A DNA stretch of 64,000 nt from Azolla caroliniana (Eukaryota; Plantae; Polypodiophyta), in the NCBI GenBank assembly GCA_043228905.1, contig JBHGNT010000009.1, positions 12,586,001-12,650,000 on the forward strand, read 5' to 3'. The position numbers and the translations under genes are program-made. Every line of letters starts with the position of its first letter. Positions within the stretch are counted from its first letter, which is position 1. The notes below the pieces were generated by a model. The model searched no databases and was not told where the DNA came from. It worked only from the letters and a program-made list of their open reading frames with translations. Positions 1-10,744 of this stretch are shown piece after piece.

Positions 1-40
1 GAAATCAATCCTTGACATTCCAAGAACCCTAGAATATCTG
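1..40 (+). CDS. PUMY: PUMY coding exon (partial)
   Basis: Encodes KSILDIPRTLEYL; GT donor at 41. Confidence 0.88.
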
Positions 41-3000
41 GTAGATTATTATTCATATTTAATGTTTTTGAATGTGGTAAGATAGAGAGTGGATTAATTT
101 AATCAGTTGGTCATTGTGGAATGTCTTTGATTTTGTAGGAGACTCAAGGTGTTCCAGTTGTAGGCTATGGTGTTGAAGAGTTTCCAGCTTTCTTCACTCC
201 ATCAAGTGGATGTAAAGTAAGATGAATAGTTTTCAGTTTTGATATCATTCTTGTAAAAACCAGTTGTGAAAAACACCAAAATATCCCTAATGTTTTGCAT
301 ATCTACCAGGATACTCGGTTTTCAAAAGTAACTAGACTACCCCTTGCATTTAAAAAATAAAACCACCAAAATATCCCTCTGGTGTCATTTAGCTTAATCC
401 ACAATTACTTGATCATTATCAGTGACGTAATTATGTTTATTATACTGGGTCATATTGTATTCATTCAAATAGTTAGCTATTAGTAGGCTGGCCAATAAGC
501 TTAATTGGCCTATTTATTTCTAATGAAGAATTGTTTTACGAGGTAAAATTTCGCTTGAATAGTGATTAATGGCCGATTAATTAGTAAGCCTACTTTGATC
601 TGATATTTTTTTGTTAGTTTTTATAAACGTAGTGGTCTTTTGGTAACAATGCAAAAAGTTAGGGGTACATTAAATATTGGTGTTTTCTCCAAATCAATTT
701 ATATGCTAAATCTGGATTCTGATTTTTTATGGATAAAGGTGCCTTGTCGCGTGGATACTCCTCTTGACTGTGCACAATTAATAAGTAAATATGTTCCACC
801 CCTTCTAAATATATGAATAGTGACATCTATAAAGTTCTTTTAGCATTGTATTAGGATAAAATAAAGCATTAATTTATGCAAGGTAGCAAATCTAAACCTC
901 AAGTTATGTTTCCATGTATGCCTAATTTCAATTATTTGATGCAGTTTCAAGCCTGAAATTGGATTTAGGGAATGGGATTCTTATCGGAGTACCTATACCA
1001 GAAGAATATGCAGCACTTGCAAAGCCTATTGAGTCTGCAATTGATAGGGCTTTACATGAAGCAAAGTATGTATCTTTCTTTTGTTTCTGTCATAATGGGC
1101 CAGGCTGTAAACACATCTTTATTACATCATATCTTGCAACCTCACAAAAAGTTGACATAGCCATCTCAATGATTGCCACATAGGTTGTATCCCTCTTTTT
1201 TTCTGCAAATAGTAATGTATCTTTCTTTTGTTTCTGTCATAATGGGCCAGGCTGTAAACACATCTTTATTACATCATATCTCGCAACCTCACAAAAAGTT
1301 GACATAGCCATCTCAATGATTGCCACATAGGTTGTATCCCTCTTTTTTTCTGCAAATAGTAATGTATCTTTCTTTTGTTTCTGTCATAATGGGCCAGGCT
1401 GTAAACACATCTTTATTACATCATATCTCGCAACCTCACAAAAAGTTGACATAGCCATCTCAATGATTGCCACATAGGTTGTATCCCTCTTTTTTTCTGC
1501 AAATAGTAATGTATTAATTACAATCGATGAAATAGAATTACTATATCCGCTCACCACAAAATCAATCATACAGGGTTCCCATGACATCCCCCATCTCTAG
1601 ATACATCGATCCTTATAGGCCTATACAGTCCCGTGTAAATAAAAGCCAATCCAAATGATGGACATGATGCCTTGCCGACCTACAAATCCCTAATTCCTCC
1701 TTTTTCAACCTCCATTAAGGAAAACTACCATACCAGTATACCTTTTAATCCCGTTATCTCCAATACCTTAGATATTGAAAAGCTATCTCAAAATGTGGAG
1801 AAGGCATTATCAATTCCACATGATACAAACCCATTGAAAAGGGGATTTGGGCGCACTGCTTATAGAAGCTCAGTGGCTCATCAGTGGACAACTCATAAAT
1901 GGATGCCGACTATGTTCCTCTCAAAGTGTGCAGAACAAACACATTCCAGACAAAAAACTTCATCTTTACAAAGCAGCTCCCAGAGATAATCCACCCAGAA
2001 TGACCCTCCAAATAAACACTTTCCCTCTGAAAATAAGACGAGATTGCGGCCCCATTTATACAGCACTTTGCCACCAACTATTGGATCCTGTGACTCCCTA
2101 TTCTTTACTCACCTATTCTACTATCCATGCATACCTATCGATTAGTTTATGATATACAGGATTTGTTTCTACTTTGGCAAGGCTTTTATGACTTGCAAAT
2201 GTCCAATCTGCCTCAGGCATAACCTCAATTTAATCTGAAATTAGATATTGCAAATCTGGAATTTCTAGCAATTGAGACCATATAGCACGATAATTTGTAG
2301 GAATATGGAATCTTGTCCCAGCTGTCGGAAAAGCCATTATTTTTCTTTGGGCACATGGCATCTTGTTGTACATTAACCAAGCCCAAGCATACCATACTGT
2401 TAAACTGGGCTAGAAGGCAATGTTATCCTCCCATTTGAAAAGATGATATGTTGCAAACACTTACAATTGCAAAGAATTCGTATTTTCCTGTTTAGATTGC
2501 AAACAATTGCAAAGGCCACTCGACCATGTCTTTTTGGAGTACAAATATCACTCCATACCACCCAAATAAGGCTTGATTTTACTTCCTCTTTCATAATGTG
2601 AATCAAATTGTGGTTGCTAATTTCTTGATAACCTTTTCAGACTTGGCAACAATGGTAGATAATATGAAGTCATAGGAATCATGATTGATTGGATCACTTT
2701 TAATTGAACATGGAACGGCCAAGCTTGTGATTGCCAACCAATAGGATATAACCTAAATGATTAAAAATCATACCATGTTGTACTGCCACCCCTGTCCAAC
2801 CACTGTCCAACCGAGATCCTCCAAATTTCTCTTTGTACATGCGATAAGAACTGATTTGTGCATGTTAATCTTCAATCCTGAGACTGCAGAAAACAATTGC
2901 CACACCTGCATAGCCTTAATAATGTTTTCTCGCAAGGCTCCCAAAAACATAAAGTGATCATTAACTTGCACAATGCATTATTTGCATGATGGTAAGGAAA

Positions 3001-3826
3001 GTCCTACTGACCCTTTATTGCTAGCCATATTATGTAAGATTACTGAAATTGGATGAATTACAATTGTAAAGAGGCAGGAACTTAATGGGCTTCCAGAGGC
3101 TGCACCTCTCTCTCCGTTTCTTTCTTTCTCTAGTTCAAAAAGTCATTTTTGCATTATATCAAGTTTGCGTCTGTCAACTCTTGTATCCAAATGTCATGTG
3201 TCAGGCATTGTAATCCATCTCTTTTAGTATCTATCTATCTATCTATCTATATAAAGGATCATTGTGGGAAAGTTCTATAACATATATTAAGAATTTATGT
3301 TTTTTAGTAATCAACATGTTTCTGGGAGTGCCATGACTCCATTTCTTCTCCAAAGGGTAAATGAACTTACAAGTGGCAATTCTCTTGCTGCAAGTATCCT
3401 CTGAAAGAAAAAAATTCTTTTTCTTTTCCTTTCGTCATAATAAAGATTTGGTGAAAACACTAAAATGCTTGTCGGATACCCATAAGTTTTCAGAATTTAC
3501 TGCGATACCCTTTTGCAAGATTGAGTACTGCAGAGGATTATTCGGGTAAAGTTTGAAAAAAGGGTACTTTAGTGTCTGGCCATAGAAAGTGAGAATTTTC
3601 TGTTGAACTAAATTACTTCAGATATTAAGCTTGTGCAGAATAATGCCAAAGTAGGAGCACAAATATCCGTTGCCTTGAGCAGGTGAGTTTATTGCAGCCC
3701 ACACATGTTTTTTGATTCAGTTTATTTATTTATTTAAAGGAAATTGCAGCATGGACCTCCTTTTCTAACAGCATTTCTCTGATATTTTATTTTTCATTTT
3801 TCAGGCTACAGTCGGTGAAAACTTGA
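1..3826 (+). CDS. PUMY: Pseudouridine-5'-phosphate glycosidase (PsuG/IndA family), 3' part; 5' exons lie outside the window
   Basis: GT-AG exons <1-40, 139-216, 739-784, 945-1065, 3308-3393, 3622-3682 and 3805-3826 join in frame to KSILDIPRTLEYL-ETQGVPVVGYGVEEFPAFFTPSSGCK-VPCRVDTPLDCAQLI-ISSLKLDLGNGILIGVPIPEEY...-NQHVSGSAMTPFLLQRVNELTSGNSLAA-NIKLVQNNAKVGAQISVALSR-LQSVKT*. These are hallmark PsuG motifs. Confidence 0.93.
139..216 (+). CDS. PUMY: PUMY coding exon
   Basis: ttttgtAG acceptor; ETQGVPVVGYGVEEFPAFFTPSSGCK; GTAAG donor. Confidence 0.92.
264..692. mobile_element. Degenerate foldback/MITE-like element in a PUMY intron
   Basis: Left end gaaaaacaccaaaatatccctaatgttttgcat is an imperfect inverted repeat of right end atgcaaaaagttagggg...attggtgttttctcc. 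No TSD confirmed. Confidence 0.45.
739..784 (+). CDS. PUMY: PUMY coding exon
   Basis: AG at 737-738; VPCRVDTPLDCAQLI; GT at 785. Confidence 0.88.
945..1065 (+). CDS. PUMY: PUMY coding exon
   Basis: tgcAG acceptor; SSLKLDLGNGILIGVPIPEEYAALAKPIESAIDRALHEA; GTATG donor. Confidence 0.92.
1068..1514. repeat. Tandem repeat, 3 x 147 bp
   Basis: Near-identical units start with atgtat at 1068, 1215 and 1362; the motif recurs at 1509. Confidence 0.95.
1540..3100 (-). mobile_element. Decayed LINE ORF2 (reverse transcriptase C-terminal part)
   Basis: Minus-strand remnants GSPLSSCLF (about 3095), SGLKINMHKSVLI (ORF 2768-2971) and VVWSDICTPK (ORF 2400-2606) match plant L1 motifs in the expected order. 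Boundaries approximate. Confidence 0.65.
3228..3250. repeat. (TATC)n microsatellite
   Basis: tatctatctatctatctatctat. Confidence 0.9.
3308..3393 (+). CDS. PUMY: PUMY coding exon
   Basis: tttttAG acceptor; NQHVSGSAMTPFLLQRVNELTSGNSLAA; GTATCCT donor. Confidence 0.92.
3622..3682 (+). CDS. PUMY: PUMY coding exon
   Basis: ttcAG acceptor; (N)IKLVQNNAKVGAQISVALS; GTGAG donor. Confidence 0.9.
3805..3826 (+). CDS. PUMY: PUMY last coding exon
   Basis: Strong polypyrimidine tract plus cAG at 3802-3804; (R)LQSVKT then TGA. Confidence 0.7.
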
Positions 3827-4575
3827 AAACCCTATTCACGTTCATGTATACATACACATCCTTTTCTGAATAATTCTTCTTTACATTTCACAACTGTCAC
3901 TGGGTAATCAGGCACCCGAAGGAACTGTTTAGTTTTTACGACTAGACATAGTAATGGTTTTTGGTATGTAGAATTGTTTTCCAAATGAATTGCAATGATC
4001 CAGCATCGGAAGCAAGGACCTCCATAATCAATTAAGTTCAATCTGAGGTCTATCACAATATGGAAAAGATGCATAAAAGTTTTGTTTCGGTGGCCTATTA
4101 TAGTCAAGTTCTTGAGATTGTTTAGGATCTTTGTTAGTCTCTTAAAATGCTAGATGTCTATGGTTTGACAATTATATTGGAATGCTGGGAAATTTCTTTT
4201 GTATTTTCATATGGTTTGTTTGAGCTTGAATAAAGTTAGCAATTTGGATATGTGAGAAAGAATCACAAATAAAAGCTTAGGTATTCTAGTGAAATTTGTA
4301 TGCAAGGAATACAATGAGAGCAGCTTAATGAATTAAATGGAAAGGGATGAAATAAACATTAGGCAATAATCATTGAGCATAATAAAAAATAATGAGATAA
4401 TGTTGGAGGACTTGTATTAAGAGATACCAAACGAGTTTTTGAATTTGGTAAGATCATTATGGAGTTGTAGTCATACAAATATTTATTGATAAGAAAACTC
4501 TTGCTTCTGTGTATATTGCAATATCTATCATTTAAGGTTATGAACCATATTTTTTGAGAACATGTCTTTCGCTTC

Positions 4576-5455
4576 TAGGGCTCGGCAACGGCTTGGCTCA
4601 GTTAGGTTTAGGCTTGAGCCTAGCTAAATGGTTTCCAAGCCGTTTAAGCCGTTTAAGTGATTTAATAATTAGGGTTTAGAAAGTTAGAAATTAGAAGTTA
4701 GAACTTGAAAGTTGAGAGAGATTGATAGGAGGCCATAGGCAATAGACTGTTGAATCACGAGAGGGAGGGGTAGAGAGGGAGAGGGAGCTTGTAGAGTGGA
4801 CGATCAAAGGACCTCCTTGTTATATACATTCTTTTTGTATATATAGGTGAAGTTTTAGTTCCAAATTCTCTCTTAAGTTGGACCTAGCACACGGTGAGCT
4901 CGACTTGAAGGTGGTTGAGGGATGTGCAATAGCAATTGAGAATGGACATATTGGGGTTTGGAAAGGGTTACATTAACCCTCCCGTCATGAGCTCGCTATG
5001 TCGGAGGTGATCGAGGGTCGAGCGGTAGCAATGTACAAAGGAAGATGAGGGGGATGGGGGTTGGGGGGGGGGGGCATGTCAAATTTGGAGAAGGATTGCA
5101 TCACCGAGAGTCAGAGGTTGCCATAGCCTTGGGGCTCATACTTTGGGTGGTGGGAGGCAGGCGATTCGTGGATGCTAGCTGATCAATTGTAGTAGTCTAC
5201 GGAGAGGGAGTTGTGGAGGTGGAACTTGGAGTTGAATTCGGACGCATCAGTGGTAACTTGGTAAGGTTGAGGGGGTGGGAGTTATGAGAAGGAGAAGAAG
5301 AGTAGGAGGAAGTGGTCGTGGTATTTTTTGGGTTTCTTCACACCTCTAAAGCTTTTTTGTCCCAAACCGCTTCATAAACCGGTTTAGGGATCAATTTAGT
5401 TTAGGTTTGAGAACCCCAAAATAGTTTAGGCTTAACCGGTTAAGCCAATGGCTTT
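4576..5455. mobile_element. Possible hAT-like DNA transposon remnant
   Basis: Starts TAGGGCTCGGCAAC and has clustered aagccg/ggctt/aaccgg subterminal-like motifs at both ends. No matching right TIR or TSD found. Confidence 0.3.
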
Positions 5456-6589
5456 CATCTATTTGTGCTACGTCATTTAAGGTTGATGATAGTTGTTCAA
5501 TGTGCGTAACATAAATGGAAAACAAAGAGAGCAATATGCCAAATATTGGAGCCATATAATAAAGAAAAACAATCATGATTTTTTTTTCTTCCCAAATGCC
5601 ACTTTTTAATTGTATTTAATAGAACGGTCCACCTTTTGTATACTATGAAAATGATAGGATTCTAATTAACAAAGGAATGCCAAGGATATTCAATCAATGC
5701 TTAACACAAGTCTACTTATGTATTTTCAAAACATCTTAATTATTATCAACCCCTAAATGTATTAAGATTGTTGCTACATAATGAAAGCAAGATCATTAGA
5801 TGAATATAATGACAACAATTATGAACATTGGCATGCAATATGTAACTCATACATTGTTATAGTGTTTAATAAGGATCTTTGGATTCATTTGTATGATCCT
5901 TTCTTGTGAGTGGTTGCAATGCTAGGAAGGAAGTTGGTTGGATTCCTTTGACGTACCACATGTTCAAATGCAATTGCAAACTCTCCCATACCTTTGCAAA
6001 GTTTTCTTTCATGAGAATCTACAAGAATGGAGTGAAAGATGTGAACGTGACCGCTAGATTCTTGAACCAAGAAGATGCACAGGTGGCATTGTCAATGAAT
6101 GTATATGCAATTTGGATGATTATGTTGGCACCTTGTAGTGATCCTAGGGTTTTCCTCCTTGGTTCACACGTGAGCACTTGTAATATAAATTAAATGTGGG
6201 AGATAATGTGTTGTTTGAATAAATGTGTGTTTATGATCTATATGATATTTGTGTTCATGTATATAACTATGCGCTTGTGTTTTTATGTGGTTCCAAATCA
6301 AGTAGCCAACAATGAAGAAATAATTAAATTCTAAAGATCCGACTTGCATGAATCATTGAAAAAAAGAAACAAGCGGTAGGTGGCAAGCAATTCAGTTTGT
6401 TTCGTGAAAAGAGTCTCCATAGGTTCCACAAGGACACAATAGTGTTCTTTGGTGGAGAGCCTCACCTAGCATTTCTTTTGTGTTGAGCCTGTGTGAAGAA
6501 TAAGTAACATGCTTGGCCTACATGAAAGTATGTCTCTGCAAATTCTATGAGAAAAAATGCATTGTATATTCCTTGCTATCAACAATTTC

Positions 6590-6790
6590 CCTATTTTTGC
6601 AAATGTTGCCCATGTATCTCTATTGTTTTCCCAAGAACTATCATGGAATTCTAAAACCAAAGTAGTATGTTCCTCCCTGCAAACCATTGTTAGTGATGTT
6701 CCCCTCCTGTTGTTTAAGTGCTTCGAAACAAACCCCCTCCTTACAAATCCTTTGCATTTCATCCTTGAACCATGAAAAGACCGTCATTAT
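6590..6790 (-). pseudogene. Old gypsy integrase N-terminal fragment (C/D lineage)
   Basis: EFHDSSWENNRDTWATFAKI aligns with AYHDSPWAGHRGTWATFEKI of element D1 in this window. Confidence 0.7.
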
Positions 6791-6829
6791 TGAGCTCAAG
6801 AATATGTCAATATGCAACCATATTCATTG

Positions 6830-7041
6830 GCATTCCATATGTGGTGGGGTTGGACGCAAGCGACCTCCAGCAGGAACTTCGTGAGTTCGCAGAAAACCTC
6901 GTCTGGACCTGCCTGCGTCTTGTAGGCTTTGGTTGAGGAGTACTCCCCGAAATACGATTCGACTTTTTGTAGGGGTGGAACCTCCATTTCTTGGCCATGT
7001 TCATACTTCAGGCTGAGTGCTATTCGGACTTGTCCGGTCAA
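6830..7041 (-). pseudogene. Diverged fragment homologous to the N-terminal domain of the B-family extra ORF
   Basis: YFGEYSSTKAYKTQAGPDEVFCELTKFL versus YFGEYSLASKAYRTQGGEDPLFREISRVL in B1. Confidence 0.75.
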
Positions 7042-7622
7042 CGCAGGTCTTCATGCCAACCTCATGCCTCTGGGTGGGGGCGCGCATCAACGACTTTTAT
7101 AATCACCCAGGCCGTGCCTTGTTACCCTTAGGGGTAGGAAGCAGACAAGGAGTGAAGTCGAGAGGGCTAACAATCGGGGATAGTGTGGAAGCCAAAGCCG
7201 ATGTTGAAGCGGACTCAGATGAAGTAATATGAAGCCGGAAATAGAATATTAGTATTATAAGTAGCCAAAATAATATTAGAAATAGATTCGAATAGCTATG
7301 AATCTTTAGGAAGAGTTATGATCCAAAAAAGTGCGCCGATTTGATCTGACGATTGTATCATCACATGCTTACTTAGAAAAGGGGCATGCATCTTGTAAAG
7401 GAACTGTCTGTAGATGAAAACATAATTATACATAATTATACATATGTGATATGCGGAAGGATATGAGGACCTACAAGTACTATCAAGCAAACAACATAGA
7501 TAGTATGAATATGCAAGAAGATAGGAAGTTAGATAGACAAGGTTAAGCTCTAATGGAGGCTCTATTAATTTTTCTTCTGTAACTCTGTCTCTTTACAATG
7601 ATACAGTTGGGCTTATGTAAAA

Positions 7623-8200
7623 TGTTAAATGCAGAAGCTTATAAACCGACAATCAGTTGGTTATCCGGATATTGAACAGAATAGTTCGTTAACACAGAAC
7701 ACAGGATACAAGGAAAGAGAGAGTGAGAGCAGACAACAAAAGACTCTATTACAGAAAGATGCTCCGTATATTACATAATGCTTATGTGCACTTTATATAT
7801 ACAAGCTCATCTGTCAGGGCCGTTAAGAAGTATTGACATGTACTTCAAAGCTCTTAAAGGAACATTTGACACTAATTGCCTATGTTGGACCTATTTAATA
7901 AAATAGGTCTACTCGACACGTGTGATGTTCCGAATGGCTTATGCAACCCTTTGTCATTCTGTCTGAATCTGTCAACCAGATCTGACATCCGGTGCGGAAC
8001 CCAGTCCGGAGCTTAGGGTTATCAACCTAAGTGGGCCTAGCCAACTGGATCGATTCTGGTCTAGCTTACCTGCTTGTCCAACCAGTGTTGGCTGGTTTAG
8101 ACGACCAAATATGAAAAGACTAAGAAACGGTTACAGGCCGAACTGAAGACGGGTGAGGCCGAACGAAGCAATAAAGAAGGCCTAACTTAAAGCGGAAATA
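7623..8200 (-). mobile_element. Diverged solo-LTR-like sequence related to copia family A LTRs
   Basis: tgttaaatgcagaagcttataaac and aagtattgacatgtacttcaa are close reverse complements of motifs in LTR 8430-8862. Right boundary uncertain. Confidence 0.45.
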
Positions 8201-8429
8201 ATAATAATTATTATTAGTGGTTCATGCTCTATTCGTAACCGCCCATGATCCCTATGAAAAGGGACATGGAAAGCATGTAAAAGGGGATCAAATAGTCTTG
8301 TATCAAGTTGTTTTGAATATAGAAATCTGGTTGCTAATACACTGTCTTTATGTTCTATGTCGAAGTTTATCTGTGTTGAGTTTCCTTATGTGTTTTGTAT
8401 ATCGTATACGTAACCAGTAAGTTGTAACC

Positions 8430-8862
8430 TATTGAGCAAACAAGCTCAATTGGATCCGGATTGGCTGAATAAGTCGGAGCCGAATCAATATCCGGAACGA
8501 ACAACCGGATAGGTATTCGGAACCACGGGCTGGATTGGAGAGACGGATCAGATTGTAACCGGTAGGCTATTAGAGGCCTACAATCTTAGCATATTCCTTG
8601 GAGTTATGGTCAGTCGCTCATGAGCATTGAAGTACTTGTCAGTACTTCTGTCAGTCCTTTTAAGGACTTGTATAAAAAGTGTTATGTAGGACATTTGTAT
8701 GTATAGAGTAATTTTTTGAATATTGAGTCGTACTGCTCTGCTCTTGATGTCTCTCCCATGTACTGTGTGTTCTCACGCTTCCATTAAACCTTAATTTCTG
8801 TTTTCTTGTTGTTATCTGGCTGAGCCGGTTTGTTTATAAGCTTCCGCATGGAATTCTTGACA
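8430..8862 (+). repeat. 5' LTR of A1
   Basis: Homologous to LTR 33354-33840; ends CA immediately before the tRNA-iMet PBS. Confidence 0.85.
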
Positions 8863-9688
8863 TGGTATCAGAGTGCGAGGGTTGAGAACCTCTACTGCCG
8901 ACAATTGCTCAAAACGGACAAACCCTAATCACCGGTAAAGAGCAGAAGAAAGATATGGACAAAAGCATGGCAAGCTCGACCGGAGCAACTATGCATCCTG
9001 GTCATATAAAATGCACCAGTACTTGCTAGGGCACGGATACTAGAGCTACGTGGAAGGAGCAAATGAAGCAGTGCCGGATTCAGCACAGAAAAGGACTTCC
9101 TCGTGTGGAAGGAGCGAGAAGACTGCTGTATTGCCTTGCGTCCTGTGTGCACGATCAAATGCTTGGCTAAATCAGAGACGCAAAGTCGCCGAAGGAGGCC
9201 TAGGAAAATCTCTGGAAGATTTTTGCCACAAGTACCACAACTCAGAAGTTGCAGCTCTGCAAGCGCTCAACAGTATCTGGCAACGAGACAAAGATCAATG
9301 AGATCTGCGACGCGCTCGGGTACATCAACATGATGGTGGACGAAGACGAGATGGTTCAGATTTGCCTTGGTGGTCTAGCACAACGGTGCGGGCCAATACG
9401 GAGAAGCCACCGTCCTTCTTCGACCTGCAATTGATGCTAATGGTCGAAGAAAACCACGCGAGTGGGTCGAGGACCACTCAATCGGAGAGCCGGATGTTGT
9501 ACATGGAAGTGGATCGACCCCGTGGGCATGGAGGACGAGGTGGGTCGGCATGCAATAGCGGCAACCGATAAGAGTAGAACCGGTGGCACAGAGATGGTGC
9601 TGACAGTAGTTTCAGACCCTCCACAAGCAGGGGGAGTCAAAGTGGCGACAAAAACCGGCAAGGAAAGACCGACACAGAATGCTGGCAC

Positions 9689-10744
9689 CACATTTCCTCC
9701 CTGAGAGAAACAAGGAGGTTTACAACACATGGAAAGGATGGGGATCAGAAGATGGGCCTAGGGTGGCATGTTGGCAGGTTCAGAATGGACGTCAATGGAC
9801 GATTCTGGTGGGGGGTGAGGATCACACCCATAGAGTGCTCTAAAAGGGCTGATTCATGCGGCAACCTCCTACTTGAGGGTCTTGTTGAGGCATTCGGTGA
9901 AGATGGCGTGGGGATGTAAACATCTACGGACACGTAGTTGAGTTGCAACGACGTTGAGGACATCCCTCGTGGATTTGTTGGCCTTGATAGTTGGATAGGG
10001 CTAGTGACGGAAAACGAGCTATCAATCGGCGAATAGAGATCAATCACTCTTGTAGACTGAGGGCCACCTGGACTTAGCTGAGGTGGGGGATAAGAGGGCT
10101 ATCGTGTCGGAGGGGGATCGAGGAAAGATCATATGGCGGCGAAGATCAATCGCTCCTGTGGACTGAGGGCCACCTGGACTTGGCTGAGGTGGGGGACAAG
10201 AGGGCTATCGTGTCGGAGGGGGATCAAGGAAAGATCATATGGCGGTGAAGATCAATCGCTCCTGTGGACTGAGGGCCACCTGGACTTGGCTGAGGTGGGG
10301 GACAGGAGGGCTATCGTGTCAGAGGGGGATCAGGGATCGTGTAGGAAGGGGATTGGAGAAACTCATGGGACAAGAAGTTGAGGGGGAAGAGGCGGATGCT
10401 TGGACGTGGGGGACTGGTACCCCACATCTCCACCAATATGTGAAATGCACATAAGAGATCAAAACCAATCTAGTTAGCTTCTTACTTCTTACTCAATTTA
10501 TAGTTTATACAAAGGTACCCATTTGGGTTGGCTTAGCTTAAAAGGGTATGCTAAAAGGGTGGGTCGGCTTAGGTACATGCATCCTAAAAAGGGTGTGCTA
10601 AAAGAGTGGCACAAAGGCATACATGCACACCACAATATTTACAAATATGTCCTTGGATCCAGTTTGCACCGGATCCATCAGGATTCACTCGATCCGGTTT
10701 CTAGGTCTTATCTGAAACCCTTCCGAAGGGACCGAATTCCCAAT
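9689..10744 (-). mobile_element. Fragment of an unrelated LTR element (partial LTR, tRNA-Ala PBS and leader) interrupting the A1 zinc knuckle
   Basis: A1 gag ECW|...|ESECWKK is split here. The minus strand reads ...ttcaCA-tat-TGGTGGAGATGTGGGG (10420-10435), complementary to the tRNA-Ala 3' end. Confidence 0.65.
10037..10335. repeat. Tandem repeat, about 2.8 x 106 bp
   Basis: agatcaatc units start at 10037, 10143 and 10249. Confidence 0.92.

Noticed and set aside
959-1183. 74-aa ORF as a standalone gene
   Set aside because: It is a PUMY exon read through into the intron.
5885-6193. 95-aa ORF downstream of PUMY
   Set aside because: No recognisable motif or supported exon structure.
10037-10335. 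106-bp, 147-bp and 21-bp repeats as CRISPR-like arrays
   Set aside because: The 106-bp and 147-bp units are head-to-tail with no unique spacers, the 21-bp units are too short, no cas genes are present, and the context is eukaryotic.
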